64,000 nucleotides of DNA from NCBI GenBank assembly GCA_963618055.1, contig CAVERI010000006.1, forward strand, positions 431 through 64,430, given 5' to 3'. The position numbers and the translations under genes are program-made. The notes beneath the pieces were generated by a model. That model saw only the letters and a list, made by a program, of their open reading frames with translations, ran no database searches and had not been told where the DNA came from. Source of the DNA: a bacterium. GTDB taxonomy: Bacteria > Bacillota > Clostridia > Christensenellales > Aristaeellaceae. Every line of letters begins with the position of its first letter. Position 1 is the stretch's first letter. Shown here piece by piece: positions 42,898 to 51,151 of the stretch.

Positions 42898-44769
42898 ATG
42901 CGGTCATACGGAAGAAGGGAGCGATGCGTTTTGAAACGCGAATCAAAAAAGAGGCCCTACCGCTCCTCGTGGAGCAACGCCATGTGGAGCTATCGCGAGA
43001 TGCTGCGGGGGACGCCGCGGTCGTTCTGGCTGATGGTCGGCTGCGTGCCGCTGGCCGTGTTTCTGGAATGGGCGGGCATTCAGCTGCCCGCGCTGGTGGT
43101 TGAGCAGGTTACGACGGGGCAGACGTTCGCCCGCGCGGCGACGGCCGTCGGCATTCTGCTGGGCGCGACGCTGCTGGCGGCGGCGCTGCGCGATTTTCTG
43201 ACGGCGGCGCTGCGGGGCGCGATTCAGATGTTCCGCTATCGGGAGAACACGGCGCTGTATCGAAAGGTCATGCGCTGCCTTTATCAGAAGTTTGAAAGCA
43301 AGTCCGTGCGCGATCTGTATCAGCGCGCGATGTCGCCCCTGTGGATGTACAACGGCATTGTGCCGCTGCTTCAGGTGCCGCAGGAGAGCATGAATGTGTT
43401 TCAGAACCTTCTGTGCTATTTCCTGTTTGGCACGGTGATTTCCTTCGTAAGCCCGTGGCTTGTGGCGCTTCTGACGGCGCTGCCGATGGTGAACTGGTTC
43501 TGTGTGCGCGCCTACAACCGCTATGAATACGGAACGCGCGAGGCGCGCGCCGATCTGGAGAGGAAGCTCTACTACACATCCCAGCGCGGCTCGGACTTCG
43601 CTATGGCGAAGGACGTTCGCGTGTACGGCATGACGGACTGGCTGCGCACAGTCTATCGCGACCTGACAAGCCAGCTCCTTGGCTGGCAGAAGCGCCTGAG
43701 CGGCCGGCAGCTGCTGACGCGGCTTGCCGACCTCGGCGTGATTCTCGTGCGCGACGGCGCGGCCTACTATGTGCTCATCCGCATGGCGGTGCGGGGCGAG
43801 CTGAGCGCCGACCGGTTTGTTCTGTACTTCGCGGCGATTTCCAGCTTCGCGACCTTCATCGGCAACATCATGACCGCGCTGGGCAAGGTGCAGGAGGCAA
43901 GCCTCAAGACCAGCGACTTCCGCGAGTACATGGATTTGCCGGAGGGCGACGACGCGGGCACCGAGCGCGCTGACGCACATCTGAACCACGCGCCGGAGAT
44001 TGCCTTCGAACACGTTTCGTTCCGCTATGAGGGCGCGGAGCAGGACACGCTGCACGATTTGTCCTTCACCTTCCATCCCGGCGAGCGCGTCGCGCTGGTG
44101 GGCATGAACGGCGCGGGCAAGACGACGCTGGTGAAGCTGCTGTGCGGGCTGTACGTGCCGACCTCCGGGCAGATTCGAATCGACGGCGTTCCCGTGGGCG
44201 ATTTTGTGCGGAAGGAATACTATCGGCTGTTCTCACCGGTATTCCAAGACGTGGAGACCTCGTTCTTCTCCTTGGCGGAAACGGTGGCGGCCGACTTTGG
44301 CGAGCATGTAGACCGGGCGCGCGCTGAAGCGTGCATGCGCCGTGCGGGGCTTGGGAAGAAGCTGGACGCGCTGCCGCAGGGCATCGACAGCCGGCTGAAC
44401 AAGCAGGCGAACGCGGACGGCATTGAGTTATCCGGCGGCGAGACGCAGAAGCTCATGATGGCGCGGGCGCTGTATAAGGATGCGCCGATTCTGGTGCTGG
44501 ACGAGCCGACCGCTGCGCTCGACCCCATTGCGGAGAACGAAATCTATCTGCAATATCGGGATATGACCGAGGGGAAGACATCGCTGTTTATTTCCCACCG
44601 TCTGGCGTCCACGCGCTTCTGCGACCGCATTCTGTTCCTGAGCGAAGGGCAGATTGCCGAGGAAGGCACGCACGACGAGCTGATCGCGCGCGGCGGCGAC
44701 TATGCGAAGCTGTTTGAAATTCAAAGCTGCTGGTATCGAGAGGACTACAAAGGAGGCGAAACGGCATGA
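42898..44769 (+). CDS. ABC exporter, fused permease/ATPase subunit 1
   Basis: Six-TM domain plus NBD: Walker A GMNGAGKTT, signature LSGGETQK, Walker B ILVLDEPTAALD. The start is uncertain (ATG 42898, TTG 42931 or ATG 42982). The track start at 42856 lies inside the terminator hairpin. Confidence 0.9.
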   Translation: MRSYGRRERCVLKRESKKRPYRSSWSNAMWSYREMLRGTPRSFWLMVGCVPLAVFLEWAGIQLPALVVEQVTTGQTFARAATAVGILLGATLLAAALRDFLTAALRGAIQMFRYRENTALYRKVMRCLYQKFESKSVRDLYQRAMSPLWMYNGIVPLLQVPQESMNVFQNLLCYFLFGTVISFVSPWLVALLTALPMVNWFCVRAYNRYEYGTREARADLERKLYYTSQRGSDFAMAKDVRVYGMTDWLRTVYRDLTSQLLGWQKRLSGRQLLTRLADLGVILVRDGAAYYVLIRMAVRGELSADRFVLYFAAISSFATFIGNIMTALGKVQEASLKTSDFREYMDLPEGDDAGTERADAHLNHAPEIAFEHVSFRYEGAEQDTLHDLSFTFHPGERVALVGMNGAGKTTLVKLLCGLYVPTSGQIRIDGVPVGDFVRKEYYRLFSPVFQDVETSFFSLAETVAADFGEHVDRARAEACMRRAGLGKKLDALPQGIDSRLNKQANADGIELSGGETQKLMMARALYKDAPILVLDEPTAALDPIAENEIYLQYRDMTEGKTSLFISHRLASTRFCDRILFLSEGQIAEEGTHDELIARGGDYAKLFEIQSCWYREDYKGGETA

Positions 44770-46583
44770 AGCTGAGGGAGCATTTGCATATCATTTATCG
44801 TTCCATACGGCTGCTGGATCGCCTGAGCCGTCGGTGTCTGCTGGGACGCGCCTTCCTCGCGCTGGTGACGGCGCTCATGCCCTACGTGCCCATTTACTTT
44901 TCCGCGCGGCTGGTTGACGCGCTGATTTCCGGCGCGTCGGTTCAGACGCTGGCGCTGTACGCCGGGCTGACGGTCGGACTGACGGCGCTTCTGAGCCTTG
45001 CGAAGGCGTTTCTGCAGGCGCAGTGCGAGATCGGCGCTCCGGAGATGGAGCTGGCCTACGAATGGATGCACGCGGAGAAGGCCGCGCAGCTTTCCTACGC
45101 GTCCATCGAGGATCACGAGGTCGCGCGGCTCAAGCAGCGCATTCGCTCGGAAACGCAGACCGGCTTTAATCTCTACTGGTTTTACAGCTGCATGGAGCAA
45201 ACGATTCAATCCTCTGTGCAGATTCTCGCGTCTATATCGCTGACGGCGTCCTTCTTTGCGGCGGACACGATCTCCCTCCCGGCGAAGCTGCTGTTCGCGG
45301 GCGGCGTGGTGCTGACGATCGCGGTGAACATGCTGATCGGCCGCAGATCCGCGAAAATCAGAAGCGCCTTTTCATCGGACTGCGTGCAGAGCAACATCCA
45401 GCTTGGAGAGCTGGACGACTATATCACCCGTTATAAGCCCGGCAAGGACATTCGCCTGTACGCCATGGAGGAACCGCTGGCCGCGCTGGGTAAGCGGATT
45501 CTGGATGAGTTTGGCGCATATCAGACGCGCGTGTATCTGAAATGCGCTGGGCTGGAGCTGGTTGCGACGGTGATGAATTACGCGCTGCGCTTCGGCGTGT
45601 ACCTGCTGCTGATCTCCGGCGCGCTGATGGGCGGCGTGACGGTCGGCTCCATCGCGCAGTACGTTTCCAGCGTCATGCTGCTTCTGACGGCGGCCATGGA
45701 GCTCGTGCGCACCATGCAGATGCTGGCGCTGAACGACACGTATACCAAGCGCTTCTTCTCCTACTTTGACATTCCCAACCCCATGTACAAGGGCTCGCTG
45801 TCCGTGGAGAAGCGGGACGACAACGAGTACTTTATCGAGTTCTGCGACGTGTCGTTCAAATATCCGAACACCGACGCATACGCGCTCCGGCATGTGAGCC
45901 TGCGCTTCCGGGTGGGCGAGAAGCTGGCCGTCGTCGGCATGAACGGCAGCGGCAAGACGACCTTCATCAAGCTGCTCTGCCGGCTGTACGATCCCACCGA
46001 GGGCGAGATTCGGCTCAACGGCGTGGACATTCGCAAGTACGACTACGACGAGTACATGGCCATTTTCTCCGTGGTGTTTCAGGATTTCCAGCTGTTTGCC
46101 TATTCGCTGGGGCAGAACGTGGCGGCCAGCGCGGAGTACGACGCCAAGCGCGCGGAGGCATGCCTGCGGGAAGCGGGCTTCGAGGAGCGGCTTTCCAGCC
46201 TGCCGAAGGGATTGGATACCAGCCTGTATCAGGACTTCGATAAGGACGGCATAGAGATTTCCGGCGGCGAGGCGCAGAAGATCGCGATTGCGCGCGCCCT
46301 GTACAAAAACGCGCCCTTCATCGTGCTGGACGAGCCGACGGCGGCGCTCGATCCCGTGTCCGAGTATGAGGTCTACCGCCGGTTCGGCGAAATCTCCGGC
46401 GGCAAGACGGCCATCTATATCAGCCACCGGCTCGCCTCCTGCCGCTTCTGCGACGAAATTCTGGTCTTCCATGAGGGACAGATCGTCCAGCATGGCGCGC
46501 ACGAAGCCCTGCTCGCGCAGGAAGGCGGCAAATACGCCGAGCTGTGGAACGCGCAGGCGCAGTACTATACCGAAACGGCATAA
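44766..46583 (+). CDS. ABC exporter, fused permease/ATPase subunit 2
   Basis: ATGA overlap with subunit 1. Walker A GMNGSGKTT, signature ISGGEAQK, Walker B FIVLDEPTAALD. Confidence 0.9.
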   Translation: MKLREHLHIIYRSIRLLDRLSRRCLLGRAFLALVTALMPYVPIYFSARLVDALISGASVQTLALYAGLTVGLTALLSLAKAFLQAQCEIGAPEMELAYEWMHAEKAAQLSYASIEDHEVARLKQRIRSETQTGFNLYWFYSCMEQTIQSSVQILASISLTASFFAADTISLPAKLLFAGGVVLTIAVNMLIGRRSAKIRSAFSSDCVQSNIQLGELDDYITRYKPGKDIRLYAMEEPLAALGKRILDEFGAYQTRVYLKCAGLELVATVMNYALRFGVYLLLISGALMGGVTVGSIAQYVSSVMLLLTAAMELVRTMQMLALNDTYTKRFFSYFDIPNPMYKGSLSVEKRDDNEYFIEFCDVSFKYPNTDAYALRHVSLRFRVGEKLAVVGMNGSGKTTFIKLLCRLYDPTEGEIRLNGVDIRKYDYDEYMAIFSVVFQDFQLFAYSLGQNVAASAEYDAKRAEACLREAGFEERLSSLPKGLDTSLYQDFDKDGIEISGGEAQKIAIARALYKNAPFIVLDEPTAALDPVSEYEVYRRFGEISGGKTAIYISHRLASCRFCDEILVFHEGQIVQHGAHEALLAQEGGKYAELWNAQAQYYTETA

Positions 46584-46620
46584 AAAACCGCGGCGGCTCC
46601 GGGCAGTTCGGAGCCGCCGT
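46584..46620. terminator. hairpin terminator between convergent transcription units
   Basis: GCGGCGGCTCCG (46590-46601) pairs with CGGAGCCGCCGT (46609-46620). The T-tract (A6 on the plus strand, 46582-46587) follows the hairpin on the minus strand, while the plus-strand side has only TTCTGG. Confidence 0.7.
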
Positions 46621-46630
46621 TCTGGCGGGG

Positions 46631-46720
46631 CTATTTCGGCTTGGTTTCGAGCTTCAGCGGGCAGTCGCCGAGGCGCCTGAGCCTGAAGCCGTCGGCTTTG
46701 TATTCCTCATGGCTGAAGGT
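46631..46720 (-). pseudogene. high-GC 3-prime remnant of a truncated host gene abutting the low-GC island
   Basis: The minus-strand frame reads TFSHEEYKADGFRLRRLGDCPLKLETKPK-stop, with strongly G/C-ending codons like the host genes. It begins immediately after, and in frame with, the TGA of the island ATPase gene, so no start codon is available. Confidence 0.5.
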
Positions 46721-47398
46721 TCAATCAGTGCCGGTTATAATTCCATCATCAATCTTCACGATTCGCTGACAGGAATTGGCGACATAATCATCATGCGTAA
46801 CGATAATAATGGTTTTTCCCCGCGCGTTCAGCTGCTGAAACAGACCGACGATTCTTTCGGAATTTTCCCGATCCAGCGCGCCTGTCGGTTCATCAGCCAA
46901 TATAACATGCGGGTCGTTAACCATGGCTCTTGCTATGGCTACTCTCTGCTTCTCGCCGCCAGATAGCTTTGCAACCCGCTTTTTCGCCAAATGATGAATC
47001 CCTACATAGCGCAGCTGCTCCATCGCGAGCGCATCCATGAGTGAGAGCTTTGTCTTAGAAAACAGCAATGGAGTTGCCACATTTTGCAAAGCATCGTCAT
47101 TTTCGATGAGCGCGAAATGCTGCATGACAAATCCGAAGCATGTATTGCGAAGCGCTGCCAGCTGAGACGACGACATACCTGTCACACTTTCGCCATCCAG
47201 CAAATATTCTCCGGACGTAGGCCGATCCAAGCAGCCGATGATGTGCAGCAGGGTTGATTTTCCCGCGCCTGACGACCCCTTAATCGCAACCATTTCTCCC
47301 GTTTTGATTGTAAGATCGACGCTTTTGAGCGCCTGAAACGGCGGAACACCGCGGGAAGCGCTATATGTCTTCGATACGTTTCTCAATTCGATCATCAT
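46721..47398 (-). CDS. ABC transporter ATP-binding protein (MacB/LolD/FtsE-like)
   Basis: Walker A GSSGAGKST, signature LSGGEKQR, Walker B ILADEPTGALD, H-loop IVTHD. Confidence 0.9.
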   Translation of the reverse strand: MMIELRNVSKTYSASRGVPPFQALKSVDLTIKTGEMVAIKGSSGAGKSTLLHIIGCLDRPTSGEYLLDGESVTGMSSSQLAALRNTCFGFVMQHFALIENDDALQNVATPLLFSKTKLSLMDALAMEQLRYVGIHHLAKKRVAKLSGGEKQRVAIARAMVNDPHVILADEPTGALDRENSERIVGLFQQLNARGKTIIIVTHDDYVANSCQRIVKIDDGIITGTD

Positions 47399-47401
47399 AT
47401 G

Positions 47402-48556
47402 TTATTCTCCTCCGTTAAGCGTTTTCAGGGATACGCTGATATCATGGTGCAGCAGGCTGCGTATAAACGCGGCGCTTGTGCCGAAAAAGATGGCTATGAG
47501 GTAGACAAATAGAAGTACATAGAACAGCACGTGTCTGCCGCTTGATAACCATGCCGTCTGCAGCATTCCATATTTGTCCATGAGAATGGATATTCCGATT
47601 ATAATTATTATCAGGACAATATGCCGCGCGAACTCAATCCATACGCATTTTTCCCATCGCATACCCAGCAGGTAGTAAATGGTATAGCTTTTTCGGCAGC
47701 TCATGCTGTGGATTACCTCGGTACTCAAGATGACGATGGACGCGAGAAGGAAGAACAATACGAACAAAAGAACCTCGGACGCTATCAGTTCATTAGAATC
47801 CGCAATATATCGTCTGACCATATCGTTGATGGATTGAATGCTTCCATACTTGTTGTACTTTGCCGCGAGCTGATCTTTCGTCATATCGGTCAATAAGAAC
47901 AGCACCCGGATGGGGGCTCCATCGGTAATTAACAGCTGGCGCAGATTGGGATTCTGCGCGCTGCTTAGCAGGATTACGGGCTGCTGAGATATGAACGAAT
48001 CGATGGAACTGGACATGCCGGTAGGCAGCAGATACTGCGTAGGAGACGCTAATACGCCTGCTACCTGTATCTTTATCGTTTCCTTGTTCGCGACAAGTAT
48101 TTCAGTCACGCTGCCTGCATGGAGGCCGGTATGCGACGAAACGACAGCCGGGCACGCTTCATATTCACCACTGTACGCCGAAAGCCATTCTCCCTCAGAG
48201 AGCTTGGGGCGATATAAATCGATCAAATCAGAATCATACAGGCCGAGACGGAGATTGCGTCCGTCTGCCATGCAATTCAGCGCACTGGCGCTCCCTGCCT
48301 TTTTTACAGCGGGATCGGCTTTCAAACGCTCGATAATATCCTCTTCATTCGGTAAATAATACTCGAATTCTTGCAAGACATACAGCTCATCGTTATACAA
48401 TTCTTTGGCGGCTCTCTGGTTGTCTATGCGGTCGCTGACATAGACGAATAATTCCGTCAACATCACAATCGATAGAATGACTTCGATAAGAATGATCAGA
48501 TTCAAAACGAGCTGCCTTTTGAGAAACTTCGCGGCGATTATAAGGTTCTTTATCAT
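47402..48556 (-). CDS. FtsX-family ABC transporter permease (TM1, extracytoplasmic domain, 3 TM)
   Basis: 384 aa. The N-terminal MIKNLIIAAKFLKRQLVLNLIILIEVILSIV is followed by a soluble domain of about 220 aa and a C-terminal 3-TM FtsX module. The ATG follows the preceding stop directly (TAA-ATG at 48559-48554). Confidence 0.8.
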   Translation of the reverse strand: MIKNLIIAAKFLKRQLVLNLIILIEVILSIVMLTELFVYVSDRIDNQRAAKELYNDELYVLQEFEYYLPNEEDIIERLKADPAVKKAGSASALNCMADGRNLRLGLYDSDLIDLYRPKLSEGEWLSAYSGEYEACPAVVSSHTGLHAGSVTEILVANKETIKIQVAGVLASPTQYLLPTGMSSSIDSFISQQPVILLSSAQNPNLRQLLITDGAPIRVLFLLTDMTKDQLAAKYNKYGSIQSINDMVRRYIADSNELIASEVLLFVLFFLLASIVILSTEVIHSMSCRKSYTIYYLLGMRWEKCVWIEFARHIVLIIIIIGISILMDKYGMLQTAWLSSGRHVLFYVLLFVYLIAIFFGTSAAFIRSLLHHDISVSLKTLNGGE

Positions 48557-49664
48557 TTATGCCACCTCTGCACTCGATACGTTGCGATAGTGATTCAAAA
48601 GAGAAAGCGAGCGAAATACGACTACAATCCAGCAGAAAGCGAAAATCCCAATGCCGATAAGCAAACGCCAGATTGCCGGAAGGGAGACGAGGATCATTCC
48701 CTCAAACCACAGATTGATCAATTCCAAACCGGCCAATGCGGCAAGGTAAGAAGTCAGGCTCAGCAGCAGAATATTGATTGTGCAAAAGAACAGGATGTGT
48801 CTTTTTTTCGCTCCGCAGACCATGCACACCCGATAGCGTTCGCGTTCACTTCGAAACCAGTAAATAATAATCAATACGACGGCCACCAGCGACATAAGCA
48901 ATATGGCGGAATACGTAGACAGCACTTCAAGCAGACTGCTTCTGATCGATTCCCTTGTTCCCGGAATATAGTAGTCGTCAACGCTTTCATAGGATGAAAT
49001 CATCTGCGACAGCATATTCTGCTGCTCTTTTGATAAAATGCCTGCGAAATGGCAATTCAGCATTATGGGTTCGCGGCCCGACGCTAAATAGGTCTTTGCC
49101 GGCATGGCAATGAACGTTGGAATTGGAACATCCAATGCCAGTTCTGACAGCGGAAAGTACCGGGCAATATCCGTATAGCCTCCCACCGCGTCAAAATGGG
49201 TTTCGTCGATTTCTATGCCCTCATCCCATATATGATCCGCTTTTTCCTGCGGAAGATTGCGAACATATTCAAGGGACAGCAGCGCGACATTCTTTCCTTT
49301 TTCCATTTCGTCCTGTGAAAACAGCCTGCCATATGGTATGGACATCTGAAACTGTGATGCTTCATAGGAGATACCTGTGCACTGCTCATCGATCAGGCTG
49401 ATGGAAAAAAATCTCCGGAAGGGACTCGCTGCTTACAATATCATTGTATATAGAAATGATATCCTCTGAAACCGCGCTCTCTGCGAACACATATTCCTGC
49501 GACAGGCTATTCTGGTAGGTATACAGCCCTTTTTCAACCAGCACGAGAAAGCTCAAAGCGGTTATCGCCAAGCTTAGTCCGGAAAGAATCGCAAACGCCT
49601 TGCGGTAGCGGCATAGCTTCAGAAAGTTGCGCACGGCTACAAAAAACATCTCTATACGCTCCAA
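48557..49664 (-). pseudogene. FtsX-family permease gene interrupted by a frameshift at an A7/T7 homopolymer
   Basis: ORF 49386..49664 encodes TM1 plus the start of the ectodomain and ends ...PEIFFHQPDR-stop. The frame of ORF 48557..49345 is open upstream (SLIDEQCTGISYEASQFQMSIPYGRLFSQDEMEKGKNVALLS...). Removing one base of the run at 49405-49411 fuses them into one TM1-ectodomain-FtsX protein of about 368 aa. Confidence 0.7.
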
Positions 49665-49898
49665 TCGTATTGATATAATGCGAGGAGGGGCTGACCGTTC
49701 TTTCTTGGAAAATACATCCTATTTATAATATACCACAATAAGCACTATATGTCGACAACAATTTTAAACGAGTCAAACCTTCTCACCTCCTCGTCCTTTA
49801 GACACGCGTCCGCGCAAAACGTTACAGGTCTTCCGCATAAAGATGGCGGGGATGAACGCGGGGCGCAAAAATTTACCGGAGGTGCGCGTTTTTGTGTA

Positions 49899-49927
49899 TT
49901 GACATGATGGGTGAGCGGAATTATAAT
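49899..49927 (+). promoter_or_regulatory. consensus promoter of the aromatic amino-acid operon
   Basis: TTGACA (49899-49904), exactly 17 nt, TATAAT (49922-49927). Confidence 0.65.
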
Positions 49928-49957
49928 GAAGCAAATTGAAGGAAAGGAGCGAGCAGA

Positions 49958-50017
49958 TTGATCGGCATGAAGAAGGCTGCGGCGTTTTATTACTTTTACT
50001 TTATCGGCTTCCGATAA
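49958..50017 (+). CDS. candidate aromatic (Phe/Tyr-rich) leader peptide of the aro operon
   Basis: AAGGAG (49944-49949), then 8 nt, then TTG 49958, with an in-frame ATG at 49967. It encodes (M)IGMKKAAAFYYFYFIGFR-stop (TAA 50015-50017), with six consecutive Phe/Tyr codons at 49985-50002. This ORF is not in the ORF track. Confidence 0.55.
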   Translation: MIGMKKAAAFYYFYFIGFR

Positions 50018-50068
50018 GGTATGTTTTGCTGCAACCGAATGGCGATAAATCGGGCCCGCTTCTCAAGG

Positions 50069-50107
50069 AACGGCTTCGCAGTGAAACATCCTGCGAAGCC
50101 GTTTTTT
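50069..50107 (+). terminator. attenuator terminator in the aro operon leader
   Basis: A perfect 13-bp stem, AACGGCTTCGCAG (50069-50081) / CTGCGAAGCCGTT (50091-50103), with a 9-nt loop running into T6 (50102-50107). It sits 25 nt upstream of the aroF ATG. Confidence 0.8.
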
Positions 50108-50131
50108 CATTATTGGATGGAGGAATGACGG

Positions 50132-51151
50132 ATGATTATTCTGCTGAAGGAAAACGCGAACGCCAGACAGGTGGACAACCTGAAGAAATTTCTCACGAAC
50201 CGCGGCTTTGACCTGCACATTTCCGAGGGCACGCAGCACACGCTGATCGGCCTGATCGGCGACACCTCGAAGCTGGACATCGACCTGATTTCCTCCTTAG
50301 ACGTGGTGGAGTCCGTGCGGCGCATTCAGGAGCCGTACAAAAACGCCAACCGCAAGTTCCACACGGCGGATACCGTGGTGGACGTGGGCGGCGCGAAGAT
50401 CGGCGGCGGGCATTTCATGATGATCGCGGGGCCGTGCTCGGTGGAGACGCACGACCAGATTCTTTCCGTCGCCGAGTCCGTGAAGGCGTCGGGCGCGAAC
50501 ATGCTGCGCGGCGGCGCGTTCAAGCCGCGCACGTCGCCCTACGCGTTTCAGGGGCTGCACGAGAAGGGCATCGAGCTTCTGCGCGAGGCCAAGAAGCAGA
50601 CGGGGTTGCCCATCATCACGGAAATCATGGACATTAACCACCTGCCGCTGTTCGAGGACGTGGACGTGATTCAGGTGGGCGCGCGCAACATGCAGAACTT
50701 CGAGCTTCTGAAGGAGCTGGGGCAGACCCGCAAGCCCATCCTGCTTAAGCGCGGGCTGGCGAACACGATTGAGGAGCTTTTGATGAGCGCCGAATACATC
50801 ATGGCCGGCGGCAACGAGCAGGTCATCCTGTGCGAGCGCGGCATTCGCACCTTCGAAACCGCCACCCGCAACACGCTCGACCTGTCCGCCGTGCCGGTGC
50901 TTCATAAGCTCACACACCTGCCCGTGGTGGTGGATCCCAGCCACGGAACCGGCGTGAACGATCTGGTGCATCCCATGGCGCTGGCGGCCGTGGCGGCGGG
51001 CGCGGACGGCCTGATCATCGAGGTGCACAACGACCCGCCGCACGCGCTGTGCGACGGCAAGCAGTCGCTGACGCCCGAGCAGTTCGACCGCCTGACCAAG
51101 GCGGTGCGCGGCATTCTTCCGTTCGCGGCGAAGGAGATGACGTGGGAATGA
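50132..51151 (+). CDS. aroF: 3-deoxy-7-phosphoheptulonate (DAHP) synthase, type I-beta, with an N-terminal ferredoxin-like regulatory domain
   Basis: GGAGGA RBS. The first 70 aa or so ([44 protein letters not shown]) form an extra domain. The core has [24 protein letters not shown] and DPSH. Confidence 0.95.
   Translation: MIILLKENANARQVDNLKKFLTNRGFDLHISEGTQHTLIGLIGDTSKLDIDLISSLDVVESVRRIQEPYKNANRKFHTADTVVDVGGAKIGGGHFMMIAGPCSVETHDQILSVAESVKASGANMLRGGAFKPRTSPYAFQGLHEKGIELLREAKKQTGLPIITEIMDINHLPLFEDVDVIQVGARNMQNFELLKELGQTRKPILLKRGLANTIEELLMSAEYIMAGGNEQVILCERGIRTFETATRNTLDLSAVPVLHKLTHLPVVVDPSHGTGVNDLVHPMALAAVAAGADGLIIEVHNDPPHALCDGKQSLTPEQFDRLTKAVRGILPFAAKEMTWE

Larger units (their letters stand above)
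46721..49800. other. low-GC compositional island carrying an ABC ATPase and two FtsX-type permease genes (putative horizontally acquired cassette)
   Basis: Hand-counted 60-nt lines inside give about 38-52% G+C, versus about 60% or more in flanking genes. The left edge is sharp at 46720/46721. The right edge falls around 49800, where GC-rich sequence resumes. No integrase or transposase was seen. Confidence 0.6.

Noticed and set aside
46712-49785. A 7-bp inverted match (GAAGGTT near 46714-46720 and AACCTTC near 49778-49784) close to the two island edges, considered as possible terminal inverted repeats.
   Set aside because: It is too short to distinguish from chance. The flanking bases do not extend the match, and no transposase or target-site duplication is evident.
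49740-49800. Tiny minus-strand ORFs after GAGGAGGTG at the right edge of the low-GC island, for example TTG ACT CGT TTA AAA ... encoding about 17 aa.
   Set aside because: They are very short, rely on non-ATG starts, show no recognisable peptide features, and overlap the likely promoter (TGgTATATT) of the permease operon. There is not enough evidence to call a gene.
49930-50131. The possibility that the aro leader is a T-box or another riboswitch.
   Set aside because: I found no T-box consensus (no ...GGGTGGTACCGCG-like element), no specifier-loop architecture, and nothing I recognise as a riboswitch core. The short F/Y-rich ORF plus terminator explains the region better. A covariance-model scan is still needed to be sure.
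49936-50211. The 91-aa track ORF that overlaps the aro leader and the aroF start.
   Set aside because: It is in a different frame from both the leader peptide and aroF. It runs through the terminator hairpin and into a strongly supported gene, and it has no plausible function.
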